A DNA stretch of 64,000 bases from an uncultured candidate division Zixibacteria bacterium (GCA_963801605.1 CAWDFP010000011.1:32001-96000); one strand, 5' to 3'. Shown: positions 17,660 to 28,680, counted from the stretch's first letter. The notes: generated by a model not told the origin, from the sequence alone. Numbers and translations are program-made.

Positions 17660-19000
17660 ATGTCCAAACTGCTAATATCTGTTTCTGGTGTGCGCGGAGT
17701 AATTGGGGATAGTTTGACCGCGCAAGTGGCGCTTGATTACGCTGAAGCTTTCGGAACCTACCTCAAAGGCGGTAAGGTGGCCATTGGCGGGGATACCCGT
17801 CGCACAGGCCCCATGATTAAATCGGCGGCTATAGCGGGGCTGTTAGCTACCGGGCATGACGTTATCGATATCGGTATCGTTCCCACTCCGACAGTCGAAA
17901 TAGCCGTTCGCGACGGTGGTTTTGCAGGCGGTTTGGCTGTAACCGCCAGTCATAATCCAGATGAATACAATGCCTTGAAGCTGATCGGTCCGGGCGGCAT
18001 GTTTCTTTCGCAGCCTCAAGCCGAAAAGGTTAATGATTATTATAAGCGTAAATTTGTCAAACGTGTCCCCTGGCAAAAAGTTGGCCAGGTATCCTCCGAC
18101 TATAGATGGATCGAACATCATATAGATTCAATCCTCAATCTCGATATCATTTCATCAGGTACAATTGCCAAACGAGGGTTAAAGGTAGTGGCCGATTGCG
18201 TCGGCAGCACGGCAGCGTTCATGGCGGGAAGATTTTTCTCGAGCCTGGGAGTTCAATATAAATTGATAAACTCGGAAATCGGGGAGCGCTTCCCTCATCC
18301 TCCGGAACCGGTGCCTGCGAATCTGGGCCAACTGGGCAAGGCAGTCAAGAGCGCGGGAGCCGATATCGGTTTTGCGTTTGATCCCGATTCCGACCGTCTG
18401 GCAATCGTGGACGAGACAGGAAACCCCCTCGGCGAAGAGTACACACTTGCGCTGGGATGTCGATATATCTTACAGTGCAAGAAAGGCCCGATTGCGGTCA
18501 ACATTTCAAGTTCGCTTCTAAACGATTTTGTTGCCCGAGAAGCCGGAACTAAGATCTATCGTACCAAAGTTGGAGAGAGAAACGTTACCGAGAAGCTAAT
18601 GCTGATCAAGGGAGTGGCCGGTGGCGAGGGTAACGGGGGCCTGATTTACCCGCGTTTACACTGGGGACGGGATGGATTTTTGGCGGCGGCGGTGATATTG
18701 CAATATCTGGCATCAACCAGAAGAACTATCAGTCAAATTGCCGGGGAACTTCCGCAGTATTCCATGCTTAAAACCAAGGTTAATGGTACCCGGCAGGATA
18801 TCGAGAGAAAAACAAAAGCGATTAAAAAAGTTTTTCCTCAGGCGAAGATAAGTCAAGTCGATGGTATTAAAATTTCAGGCGATAACTGGTGGGTGCAAAT
18901 TCGGGCATCCAATACCGAACCGATAGCGCGTCTGATGGCCGAAGCCCAGGATCTCAAAGAGGCAAAGCGTCTAATAGCGGCCGTCAAATCTGTACTTTAG
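17660..19000 (+). CDS. glmM: Phosphoglucosamine mutase / phosphohexomutase
   Basis: SVSGVRG, TASHNP catalytic Ser, DPDSDR metal loop, GEGNGG, RASNTEP; adjacent to glmS. Confidence 0.85.
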   Translation: MSKLLISVSGVRGVIGDSLTAQVALDYAEAFGTYLKGGKVAIGGDTRRTGPMIKSAAIAGLLATGHDVIDIGIVPTPTVEIAVRDGGFAGGLAVTASHNPDEYNALKLIGPGGMFLSQPQAEKVNDYYKRKFVKRVPWQKVGQVSSDYRWIEHHIDSILNLDIISSGTIAKRGLKVVADCVGSTAAFMAGRFFSSLGVQYKLINSEIGERFPHPPEPVPANLGQLGKAVKSAGADIGFAFDPDSDRLAIVDETGNPLGEEYTLALGCRYILQCKKGPIAVNISSSLLNDFVAREAGTKIYRTKVGERNVTEKLMLIKGVAGGEGNGGLIYPRLHWGRDGFLAAAVILQYLASTRRTISQIAGELPQYSMLKTKVNGTRQDIERKTKAIKKVFPQAKISQVDGIKISGDNWWVQIRASNTEPIARLMAEAQDLKEAKRLIAAVKSVL

Positions 19001-19018
19001 CAAATTGGGAGGAATTAT

Positions 19019-20846
19019 ATGTGCGGTATAGTTGGATATGTCGGGCCCAGAAAAGCATACCCGCTTTTGATGGATGGCCTTCAGCGGCTGGAATACAGGG
19101 GATATGATTCCGCCGGTGTTGCTCTTCTTGAAAACGGCACTATGGTAATTCAGAAGAACGCCGGGAAGATCGCAGTATTAGCAGAGAAACTTAAAGATTG
19201 CGATTTTCAGGCAACCACCGGTATCGCTCATACTCGTTGGGCTACTCATGGCGAACCAACCGACTTGAATGCTCATCCGCACACGGGTAATTCCGGCAAG
19301 ATTGCCGTTGTTCATAACGGTATTATCGAAAACTATGGCGCGCTAAAGGAAGTCCTCAAACAGCAGGGTCATGTTTTCAAGACCGATACCGATACCGAGA
19401 TACTGGCGCATCTAATCGAGGAATATTACGAAGGCAATCTCATGCAGGCAGTCCGCCGCGCCCTGACTCAGGTCGAGGGAACCTACGGCATTGCAGTTAT
19501 CTGTACCGATAATCCCGAAATAATGGTAGCGGCTCGTTCGGGTTCACCGCTTGTTATTGGCAGCGGGGAGGGTGAAAATTTCGTGGCATCCGATGTGGCC
19601 GCTCTGCTTCGGCATACCAACCGGGTAGTATATCTCGAAGACGGCGAATTGGCCGAAATCACTCCGAAAGGCTTTTCGATCACGACCTTAAATGATGTGG
19701 TGGTTTCCCCTCATTTGCAGGAGATCTCCTGGAGTCTCGATATGATCGAAAAGGGCGGATTCAAGCATTTTATGCTGAAGGAGATTTTCGAGCAACCCGA
19801 GACGCTAAAAAACGCTGTCAGGGGCCGTCTGAATTTTGCGGAGGCAACTGCCCGTCTCAACGGACTCAATCTTCAATATGACGAGCTGAGGCATATCAAG
19901 CGCGTCATTATAACCGCTTGCGGAACGAGCTGGCATGCCGCGTTGATAGGTGAATATCTGATCGAAGAGTATGCCCGTGTTCCGGTCGAGGTTGAGTATG
20001 CCTCGGAATTCCGTTATAGAAGCCCAATCATTCATCCCGGTACCATCGTTTTCGTAATTTCGCAATCGGGCGAGACCGCCGATACGCTGGCGGCCATGCG
20101 TGAAGCTAAGCGCAAAGGCGCCACCTGTTTGGGAATCTGCAACGTGGTTGGCTCGACTATCGCCAGGGAATCTGATGGCGGTGTGTATATTCACGCCGGT
20201 CCCGAGATCGGGGTGGCGTCGACTAAGGCGTTCACCTCGCAGATAACGGTGCTGTCGCTAATCACGATTCTACTCGCCCGTATGAGAACGATGTCGATCG
20301 AAAAAGGGCAGGAGATGATTCGGGCGCTCTATAGCGTACCCGATGAGGTCAAAAAGGTACTGGGCCTAAATGACAAGATAAAGGAGATCGCCGGAAAATA
20401 TTATAACAAGAATAACTTCCTTTATCTGGGACGCGGTTTCAATTTCCCGGTGGCTCTCGAGGGCGCCTTAAAACTTAAGGAAATCAGTTATATCCATGCC
20501 GAGGGTTATCCGGCCGCAGAGATGAAGCATGGGCCGATTGCTCTTATAGATGAAAATATGCCGGTGGTGGTTCTGGCTCCCCAGGATTCAGCCTACAGCA
20601 AGATCACATCCAATCTTCAAGAGATAAAAGCGCGCCGGGGGAAAATTATCGCGATTGCCACCGAAGGTGATGAGAAGATCAAAGAATTAGCCGAGGAAGT
20701 TATTTATCTACCGAAAGTGCACGAGTTTATTCTTCCGATGGTGGCTACCATTCCGTTGCAGCTTTTAGCATATCATATCGCGGTATTAAGAGGCTGCGAT
20801 GTCGATCAGCCGCGCAATCTTAGCTAAAAGCGTAACAGTCGAATAA
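19019..20846 (+). CDS. glmS: Glutamine--fructose-6-phosphate transaminase (indel near 20820 hides the final AKSVTVE)
   Basis: MCGIVG, LEYRGYDSAG, HTRWATHG, SQSGETADT; canonical PRNLAKSVTVE* recovered in a shifted frame ending at 20846. Confidence 0.97.
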
Positions 20847-20865
20847 ATTCAGCCTAAATAAATTT

Positions 20866-20903
20866 TAAGGCGTCCGAAATATTTTTTGGACGCCTTATTT
20901 ATT
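20866..20903. terminator. Intrinsic terminator between convergent genes
   Basis: TAAGGCGTCC..GGACGCCTTA followed by TTTTATT. Confidence 0.7.
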
Positions 20904-20960
20904 GATATATTTTGCTTCAGAAATGATTGAGTAAGAGCGGCCGTTGAAAAAACGGTAAGG

Positions 20961-21503
20961 CTACTTGTTTTCTTCCATCTGCTTTAGAACTGATAAATAT
21001 TTCGCCTCGGTGCCGTCCTTTTCCCGTTCAACGCGATCAAATTCGGGCTGCATCTGATCGATGCCGTCCTCGCCAAGAGCGTTTTCGGCCATCGGATAGA
21101 GGACCATATCTTCCTTGCGAATATGCTGACGGAGAAGCTGGGCATAGCTTCTGGCATTTCTGACGATCTCGATTTTTGCGCCGGTGTCACCTGATGCGTA
21201 TTTATCGTTGGCAGTTTCGATTGCCGAAATCAAATCCCGTCCCTGGTCATGTTCCTGAAGCATGACCGCAACCGGCCCGGCCTGGGTGGGAAATCCGGCT
21301 TTTCCCAGTCGCACGAAAAGGATATCCTCCTCTTTGGCGTGGTGATATTTATCGGCGTAATTGCGAATAAAATCTATCGATTTCCGAAAATACTCCGGTG
21401 CGATATTATGCCCCTTCTCGAGCTTATCCGCTCCCTTTTCGAGAAGGTCGATTCCCTTGAGAATTACCTGATGTTCAGATTTTAGTTTTTCTATCGGATT
21501 CAT
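20961..21503 (-). CDS. Hemerythrin HHE cation-binding domain protein
   Basis: L..EH..I, YADKYHHAKEEDILF, MLQEHDQGR, LRQHIRKEDMVLYPMA. Confidence 0.9.
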   Translation of the reverse strand: MNPIEKLKSEHQVILKGIDLLEKGADKLEKGHNIAPEYFRKSIDFIRNYADKYHHAKEEDILFVRLGKAGFPTQAGPVAVMLQEHDQGRDLISAIETANDKYASGDTGAKIEIVRNARSYAQLLRQHIRKEDMVLYPMAENALGEDGIDQMQPEFDRVEREKDGTEAKYLSVLKQMEENK

Positions 21504-21637
21504 GATTTCTCCCTTTATCCAGCCTTATAACTGCTTAAACATCGTCAAGGTTTTCATTAATATAATATATTGGACTAATTTAGTCTACAATGAATTATGA
21601 TATTTTTTCTATGGGGAGAGGATTTACTCTATTTCAA

Positions 21638-21748
21638 TCAACCAATACTATCTTTTTTATGCTTGGTTTTACGGGTGTAGATATTCTTGTCGCTGTGAAC
21701 CTTTTCGGTTTTCTTGGGCAGCGGAATTCTACGTTTTGGCTTTTTCAT
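21638..21748 (-). CDS. 36-aa basic protein with ArfA-like Y-x-RK-x-KH motif (absent from ORF track)
   Basis: RBS GGAGG-caac-ATG; MKKPKRRIPLPKKTEKVHSDKNIYTRKTKHKKDSIG*. Confidence 0.65.
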   Translation of the reverse strand: MKKPKRRIPLPKKTEKVHSDKNIYTRKTKHKKDSIG

Positions 21749-21925
21749 GTTGCCTCCGTTGGAAAGCAGAGGGCAGTTCCCATTGCGATACGGTCAGACA
21801 ATCACATAGCAGAATTGCGATTCGCTATTATATTTTACTCACGACCGGGGATGTAATTTGTTCCCCTGCACAAATCATTGTTGCCAACAATTTAAAATTG
21901 GTATTTTGAAAAATACTATAATAGC

Positions 21926-22648
21926 TCAGGGAATAATTATCTTATCTTTTTTATAACCGATTTCGATCAGTTTTTTGCGTAATTCGATCTGCATCATCGG
22001 CGGGCCGCAGATGAATAATACGGTCTCATCCGACGGCACCGGTAAATGCTCTCTCATGATCGCCTCGTTGATTCGTCCAACTCCCATAGTCCAATTAGGC
22101 ACGGCCTGATCAATCAGGTAATATCTCTTGAAATTTGGGAATTTATTTCCGTATGAATCGAATTCGTCTTTCAGGATGATGTCATCGATAGTTTTGTTGG
22201 AAAAGATGAGCGAAATTTCGGCGTCGATTCCTTCAGTTAGTATCGTCCTGATTATCGAAATCATAGGGGTGATCCCGGTACCTCCGGCTATCATCCCGAC
22301 CCTGGCAGCCATCCCCTTCTCGAAATGGCCGCCGGCGTGGGGACCGCTCATCCAAACCTCATCACCGATTTTCCGGTCATGCATAAACCGCGAAACCTGT
22401 CCATTCGGGTAACGTTTGATTATCAACTGGAAATGATCTCTGGTTTTGGGCGTGGTTGTAGGAGTATAGGTCCGATATTCAAGCTCGTCGCCGTGGTCGG
22501 GAAATACCTTCATGAAATCGCCGGCCAGCATGGCAAAATTCGCATCCGATGGAATCGAAAATGTGAATTGCCCGGTGTCATGAGTGATTTGTTTGATATC
22601 GTTGAGCCTGTAAGGTGTCAGGATTTCATTTTCCGCCATAAGCACCAT
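21926..22648 (-). CDS. FAD/NAD(P)H-dependent oxidoreductase, cytochrome b5 reductase-like
   Basis: RTYTP (RxY), IKRYPNGQVS, MIAGGTGITPM, CGPP motifs. Confidence 0.9.
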   Translation of the reverse strand: MVLMAENEILTPYRLNDIKQITHDTGQFTFSIPSDANFAMLAGDFMKVFPDHGDELEYRTYTPTTTPKTRDHFQLIIKRYPNGQVSRFMHDRKIGDEVWMSGPHAGGHFEKGMAARVGMIAGGTGITPMISIIRTILTEGIDAEISLIFSNKTIDDIILKDEFDSYGNKFPNFKRYYLIDQAVPNWTMGVGRINEAIMREHLPVPSDETVLFICGPPMMQIELRKKLIEIGYKKDKIIIP

Positions 22649-22697
22649 CCAATCTATTATAGGTTTCCCAGATTATTGCAGTCATCAGCCCCGTTAA

Positions 22698-23831
22698 TTA
22701 ACCGCAGACCGCCTGAAAGACGCGCATGAAATTTTCGCCGAGAATCTTTTTAATATCCTGTTCCGAATAACCGCGGCTGACAAGCTCCGCTGTGATGTTA
22801 GGCATCATTGAACAATCCTTAAGGCCGTTAGGGAGACTGTAAACGCCATCGAAGTCAGAGCCCAATCCGACATAGTCGGGCCCCACGAGATCTACTATAT
22901 AATCGATATGGTCAACTACGGTTCCAACGTTGATATCCTCATGTTCAAGCGCTTTATCAAACTCCGCAAACAACCAGGCGAAAGCCGTGCGTTCCTTGAT
23001 GAAATCACCTTTTACAATGGCATTGATAGAATCGATTTCAGCGCGATATGAATTTGCAATTTCCGTGGTGACTATGTTCCATCGGGGCGACAGGAAACCA
23101 CCGAAAAAATTCACTCCGATAACTCCATCGTTATCGGCAATGGCTCTGATTTGATCGTCAGTCAGGTTGCGATCATGGTCACAAAGTGCCCGGACACAGG
23201 AGTGCGAGGCGATAATTGGACAATTAGTAATTTTGAGTACTTCCTCAATTGCCCGTGCAGAAGCATGGGAAACATCAACTATCATTCCGAGATCATTCAT
23301 TCGCTTAATGACATCGCGCCCGAATTCGGTCAGACCGTCAAATCTCGGGGCCGTATCCGAGGATGATATGCACCAGTCGTGTGAGGCTGAATGAGTGAGA
23401 GTCATATAGCGTACGCCGCGACTATAAAAGTGATCCAGGTTGGCCAGATCATCTGCGATTGCCACGCCGTTTTCGATTGCGATAAAAGCGGCAATTCGGC
23501 CCGCTGAGATAATATCGCGAGCCTCGCTGGCGCTGGCGCAGATGGCTATATCATCACTATTACGGTTCACCTGAGTTTCCAGCGAATCGATCATCTCGTT
23601 AGCTCGGTCTATACATGCTTCCTTAGGGGTTTTGGCGGGTTGCCAGCAGGCAAATACTTGCAGATTTATACCGCCCTCCTTGAGACGAGGGATATCGATA
23701 CAACCAGAGCTATTTCGCTGCCCGAAATCGAATGGCGCATTCATACGCAATACAGTATCGCTATGCAAGTCAGCTACGAGAGTATCGTGGTGAAGCTTCA
23801 GGGGATCAATTTTGTTATCCAAACCGGGCAC
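22698..23831 (-). CDS. Membrane dipeptidase (peptidase M19)
   Basis: DLHSDT, AIENG, RYMTLTH, DVSHAS, SHS, LGSDFDG and LGENFMRV motifs. Confidence 0.92.
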   Translation of the reverse strand: MPGLDNKIDPLKLHHDTLVADLHSDTVLRMNAPFDFGQRNSSGCIDIPRLKEGGINLQVFACWQPAKTPKEACIDRANEMIDSLETQVNRNSDDIAICASASEARDIISAGRIAAFIAIENGVAIADDLANLDHFYSRGVRYMTLTHSASHDWCISSSDTAPRFDGLTEFGRDVIKRMNDLGMIVDVSHASARAIEEVLKITNCPIIASHSCVRALCDHDRNLTDDQIRAIADNDGVIGVNFFGGFLSPRWNIVTTEIANSYRAEIDSINAIVKGDFIKERTAFAWLFAEFDKALEHEDINVGTVVDHIDYIVDLVGPDYVGLGSDFDGVYSLPNGLKDCSMMPNITAELVSRGYSEQDIKKILGENFMRVFQAVCG

Positions 23832-24015
23832 TAATCCTCCTCAACTCGGAAAGCTCTTTATAATCATAACTGATTCTATATCATTATTTTGCCGATAAAT
23901 CAAGCCGTAAAAAGGGATGGGCCATTCCCGGATATTTTTTGGCTTAAAGTCGGCGCTAAACTATCAGAATAAAATCTAAGGTATCGATGGCATAATGTAA
24001 TCGAAATATTTAGGC

Positions 24016-24043
24016 TTGACTTATAGGGGAATTAGGGTATGAT
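24016..24043 (+). promoter_or_regulatory. sigma70-type promoter
   Basis: TTGACT-16 bp-TATGAT upstream of the fibre gene. Confidence 0.45.
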
Positions 24044-24119
24044 TTAATCAAGAGTCCATCTTATTTGTCTTCTAAAAGGACCCGCTGATTTGAAATAACA
24101 ACCTTCTCAAGGAGGCTTC

Positions 24120-27105
24120 GTGTTTCGCCCAATTGTTACAAGTATGTTTATTTTGCTATCCGCGCTGCTTTTTAATACACAGGCGGCTATTGCGGGTTCA
24201 AATCCGGCAGGAACAGGTGAATTATCGCGGATAGCTCTGAATGTCGAACGCGCGATTACTTACCAGGGTGTCCTCAAGGACGCCGCCGGACAGCCGGTAA
24301 TTGACGGCAGCTATGAATTAATCTTTCGAATATACGAATCCTCCACGGGCCAACCAGCGCTCTGGGCAAGCGTTCCAATGGCTGTTCAAACTACCAACGG
24401 CGTATTCTCGGCGGAATTGGGGCCTTTTGAGTTGTCGTTCGATCGCACTTACTATCTTTCATTGCAGGTAGGAAACGATCCCGAAATGGCGACTCGTCAA
24501 AAAATGACGATGGCGCCTTATTCGGCAGTTTCGGATTCATCAAATTATTCTTTGCGGTCGGGGATAGCGTCAACGGCAGATAATGCCGCGCAAGCTGTCC
24601 ATGCCGATCGGGCATCGGATGCTGATCACGCCGATAACGCTGATCAAGCCACAACAGCGGCTCATGCTGTTCATGCTGACACCGCCACCTATGCTTTCAC
24701 GCATGGGCCGGTGACACATGCCAATCATGCTGACACGGCCAACTATGCTCTCGCTTCAGGGGTAGCATTACAATCCTCACATGCCAACCGCGCAGACTCG
24801 TCAATTTACTCCTCTGCCGCTGGGTATTCCGAGCAGGCAACCCATTCATATCAGGCTGACTCATCAAATTACGCCTCATTTGCACAGACTGCCAATCAGG
24901 CAATCCATGCTGATCGTTCTACCTGGTCCGATACGGCAGCCTATGCACCGCAGAGCGATAGCGTTGATTATGCCAGGCAAGCGATGAACGCCGCTTTAGC
25001 TCAGGAGGCGGGTCATGCGGATTTCTCCGATACCGCTCTCTACGCAAATACAGCCGGTTTCGCGGGGTATTCGGATTCGGCGAATTTCTCAAATAGCTCG
25101 AATTATGCCAATCAGGCGGCCCAGGCCAATCATTCTGTATGGGCCGATACGGCATCCTATTCTCAGAATGCCAATAGCTCCGATTATGCTATCCATGCCT
25201 CAACAGCCGATACATCGGCTTATGCTCGTCAGGCCGGAAACTCAGACACATCGCAGTATTCCATTCTGGCGCAAAACTCGGCGCATTCGGATACGGCGTC
25301 ATACGCTCTGGTCAGCCCGGGATCATCAAATTGGATTGCTATCGATTCGGTTCTGTATACCAGTGTTTATATGGGACTGGCCAGGGGAGGCGCGCGGAAT
25401 ATGCTATTGGGTGATAGCATTCACACCATGATTAATTTAGGCGTTGCCTGCACAACCGGAGTTGGGGGACAAAATAACATTTACTCAGTCGTAAGCGGCG
25501 GCTATGGCTAATAAGGCCAAAGGAAATTATAGCGCTATATCCGGAGGCTCGAACAATCTGGCAGGCGGGAATAACAGCCTTATCTCCGGAGGGATATCCA
25601 ATACCGCCAGTGGAGATTTCAGCGTAGTTGGAGGCGGACAGCTAAACAGCAGTTCGGCGCTTAATGCCACCGTAGCCGGAGGATTCGATAACAGCGCTCG
25701 CGACCAATACAGCGCTGTCGGAGGCGGGCAATCCAATCGAGCCAACGGCAGCCATGCCGTAGTCTCGGGCGGAGGCAGCAATGTCGCCGGAGGCTTTTTC
25801 ACGGCCATTGGCGGTGGGACCGAAAATCACATATTCAGCAATGGTTCGGTAATCTCCGGCGGTTCAAACAATACGATCAATGCCGATGACTGCGCGATAT
25901 CGGGAGGCAAGAACCACGCGGCTAATGCCATCAATTCGGCAATTGGCGGCGGCAATGCCGATACCGCTAACGCGGAATATGCCGGAGTATTTTCGGGGTT
26001 CTCGAATCTGGCAGGCGATGAAACGGTCGATACGGCGGCCTTCGTTGGCGGCGGTTATGAAAACTCCGTAACCGCAAAATATGGCGTAATCGGCGGCGGC
26101 CTGCAGAATAGGGCCAGCGGAAGCTGGAGTATGATAGGCGGCGGCTGGTCCAACCAGGCGATGGGAATAGAAAGCATCATAGCCGGGGGCAATCAGAATA
26201 CTGCCAATGGCGCTACCAGCGTAATATGCGGAGGTCAGGCGAATCTTGCCAGCCAGGAGTATTCGGCGATTGGCGGAGGCGCCAATAACACCGCCAGCGG
26301 CCAGGGAAGTAATGTCGCGGGCGGGGCGTTTAACACCGCCAGCAACAGCAATTGCACGGTAGGAGGCGGCTGGGGTAATCAGGCAAGCGGTCAAAAAAGC
26401 GTGGTGGCAGGCGGAACGTTCAATATCGCCAGCGGCGCCACCAGCGCGATTTCCGGCGGTTCCGATAACACCGCCAGTGGATCGTCGAGTGCGGTAAACG
26501 GCGGATTCCACAATCTGGCGGCGGCCGATTACGCCGCAATTCCGGGGGGCTATTGCGATACGATCACAACCGCGTCAGGGTATTCAATGGCTTTCGGAAG
26601 ATCGGTCTATGTCAACGTGCCATATAGAGTGATATTTTTCGACGGAGGCTCATCGGGGCGGGTTGGGATCAATCGCGACGACCATGATACCGGGATAGGC
26701 TACCCCTTTCAAGTCGGGACAAATTCGACCAATGGCAACGGCGCTTACCTGACTCCGGGCGGCAACTGGACAAGTACATCATCCCGCGAACTCAAGGAGA
26801 ATTTCCAGCCGTTTGACGGTAATGAACTGCTTGCCAAAATCTCGAATTTATCAGTGACATCATGGAATTACAAATACTCCAGCGAAAAGCATATCGGTCC
26901 GGTTGCCGAGGATTTTGTGGGAGCGTTTGATGTGGGAGTTATCCGCGAGACGGATAATCTTCGCGATGACAAGGCTCTGTCATCATCCGATGTTGCCGGT
27001 GTAGCTCTGGCCGGTGTAAAAGAATTGCTTAAGAAGATCGATGATCTTGAAAATAAAAACGCCGATCTGGAAAAACGTTTGAGCCAGCTCGAGAAAGCGC
27101 GGTAG
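24120..27105 (+). CDS. Secreted fibre/adhesin-like protein with C-terminal peptidase S74 intramolecular chaperone domain; indel near 25507 splits it into two ORFs
   Basis: Signal peptide; ITYQGVLKDAAGQP..G.Y...FRIY N-terminal domain; Ala-rich HAD(T/S)A.YA repeats; GG..N.A.G..S.V.GG 14-aa repeats; SSRELKENF..WNYK..HIGPVAEDF..coiled coil at the C-terminus. Confidence 0.8.
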
Positions 27106-27113
27106 GGGGCCCG

Positions 27114-27593
27114 ATGTTGAAACAGATTATCGGTTTAATTTTGTTTTTATCCTCCGCCGCTTACGCCCAAAATTTTAGGGTAGATCGATATGTGATCGTC
27201 TCGGGAGGAGGACATTCTCAATCGGTTAATTATTTAGTTGATGGCACAATCGGTCAGGCGATACTGGGACATTCGGCATCATCAAATTACGCTGTCGATG
27301 GCGGTTTCTGGACCGGTAGTCTCACACTTGCTCCGGTGTGTGAATATGTCGTTGGCGATATCAACGGCAGCAACAGCCTTAACGGCATCGATGTTACTTA
27401 TGGCGTCACCTATTTTAAGGGCGGACCGATTCCGCCGTATTCCTGCGAATGCGCAGCGGGAAACACCTGGTATGTCGCAGGCGATGTGAACGCCTCATGC
27501 TCTTTCAATGGGCTGGATATAACCTACCTGGTGACATATTTCAAAGGCGGCCCGCTGCCCCGTCCCTGCGCCGATTGCCCGCCGGGGAGGTGA
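27114..27593 (+). CDS. Small secreted protein with GGG..S..Y...GTIGQ domain and dockerin-like duplicated EF-hand C-terminus
   Basis: Signal peptide; VSGGGHSQSVNYLVDGTIGQ..GGFW; GDINGSNSLNGIDVTYGVTYFKGGP and GDVNASCSFNGLDITYLVTYFKGGP. Confidence 0.75.
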   Translation: MLKQIIGLILFLSSAAYAQNFRVDRYVIVSGGGHSQSVNYLVDGTIGQAILGHSASSNYAVDGGFWTGSLTLAPVCEYVVGDINGSNSLNGIDVTYGVTYFKGGPIPPYSCECAAGNTWYVAGDVNASCSFNGLDITYLVTYFKGGPLPRPCADCPPGR

Positions 27594-27702
27594 GTGCTGA
27601 GGACTGGGGACTCAGGAGTATCTATTGCCGAGGACTAAGCGACCTTTTTTAATAGCTCAGTCCTCGCAGTTCATGATTGCATAGCACTAAGACCTCAGTC
27701 CT
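27594..27702. repeat. Inverted heptamer-like repeats forming a hairpin between convergent genes
   Basis: CTGAGGA CTGGGGA CTCAGGA on the left, CTCAGTCCT copies on the right; CGAGGACTAAGC..GCTCAGTCCTCG stem. Confidence 0.5.
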
Positions 27703-27706
27703 TTCA

Positions 27707-27931
27707 TTACGACTTCAGCACCTGAGACGCCTCGCGCAACGCCTGAAAAACCTCCGGGATTGCCTCTCCGAAAAACATGACACTATTGCGCTCCCATTTG
27801 CCATCAACTTTTTTCGATTCGCAAATCGAAAGATACTTGTCGCCTTTAACCGTTTCCCTGACATCAATAAAATAATTCTTGGTCCCAGCCTTAACACTCT
27901 TGCTGAATAACGCTTCTTTTTTCTCCGGCAT
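27707..27931 (-). CDS. PUR-alpha-like / DUF3276 single-stranded nucleic acid-binding protein
   Basis: LFSKSVKAGTKNYFIDVRET.KGDKYLSICESKK..ER..VMFFGE PUR repeat; RBS AAGGAGG. Confidence 0.85.
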   Translation of the reverse strand: MPEKKEALFSKSVKAGTKNYFIDVRETVKGDKYLSICESKKVDGKWERNSVMFFGEAIPEVFQALREASQVLKS

Positions 27932-28058
27932 TTTGTGCCTCCTTTAAGGTTAAATTGTCGTGCCGCGAGAAATATATGAGGAGGCACTGACAGAATCGGT
28001 CAGTCTATTTTTGGGGAATTATAAAAAAATGAGATTTTAATGCTGGACGATTTACTGT

Positions 28059-28568
28059 TTAATTGGCCGGCTGCAGTTCGTTCATTTTCTGCCTGGCATA
28101 GGCCTGGATACGCGATGAATGCTCATTAATCCGCGGCATTGAACCCTGGACAAAATTAATATATTCGGGAAAAGTCGATCTAACGGCGTCAAAAGGATGT
28201 TGTTCAACTTTGGAACGTTCATAATTTAAGATAAGAGCCATAACTTCCTGACGAGTTATCTGACAGGTTTTAATTCTGGCTATTTCCGCGTAAACGCCGT
28301 CGATGTAGGTTTTTAAGAGTTCGGCGCGATATTGGCCCAACATGAATTTGTCGAGATTGGTTGATACCATAGAAATTAGCTGTCCGACCCAGCGGGCATG
28401 ATCGACCTCGTCCGATACTGCCTCCTCCCAAAAGAAACGTTCTCCGGGATAGGCAGTTATCAACTCATTATAGAAAGCTCCCAAAGCCATTTCGCAGTTT
28501 TGCAATAGGTAGAGCTCGTCAAAAAGCTGTTTTTGGTCTTTTTTCGTCAGCATAACGTTTTTTGCCAA
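28059..28568 (-). CDS. Ferritin/rubrerythrin-like four-helix-bundle protein
   Basis: E......Y, FW..AVSDEVDHARW (ExxH), second E..H (NEHS). Confidence 0.55.
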   Translation of the reverse strand: MAKNVMLTKKDQKQLFDELYLLQNCEMALGAFYNELITAYPGERFFWEEAVSDEVDHARWVGQLISMVSTNLDKFMLGQYRAELLKTYIDGVYAEIARIKTCQITRQEVMALILNYERSKVEQHPFDAVRSTFPEYINFVQGSMPRINEHSSRIQAYARQKMNELQPAN

Positions 28569-28680
28569 TTAGTACTGAGAATCTATTCGTTCATTTTAAT
28601 ATCGACAAATTATTACAATTCATTATGTTACTGAGAGAGAGGATAATTTTGAATTGATGTTAAAACGAATTGCTTTAATC

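Noticed and set aside
19001..19018. glmS ribozyme (and T-box before ileS)
   Set aside because: The intergenic gaps are only 18 nt (glmM-glmS) and 6 nt (PNP-ileS), leaving no room
21590..21856. 88-aa hydrophobic plus-strand ORF
   Set aside because: It is the in-register antisense of the Lys-rich 36-aa gene, which has the strong SD; its Phe/Leu richness mirrors the Lys codons
24120..27105. Prophage tail gene
   Set aside because: It has a Sec signal peptide, and there are no neighbouring phage structural, integrase or lysis genes
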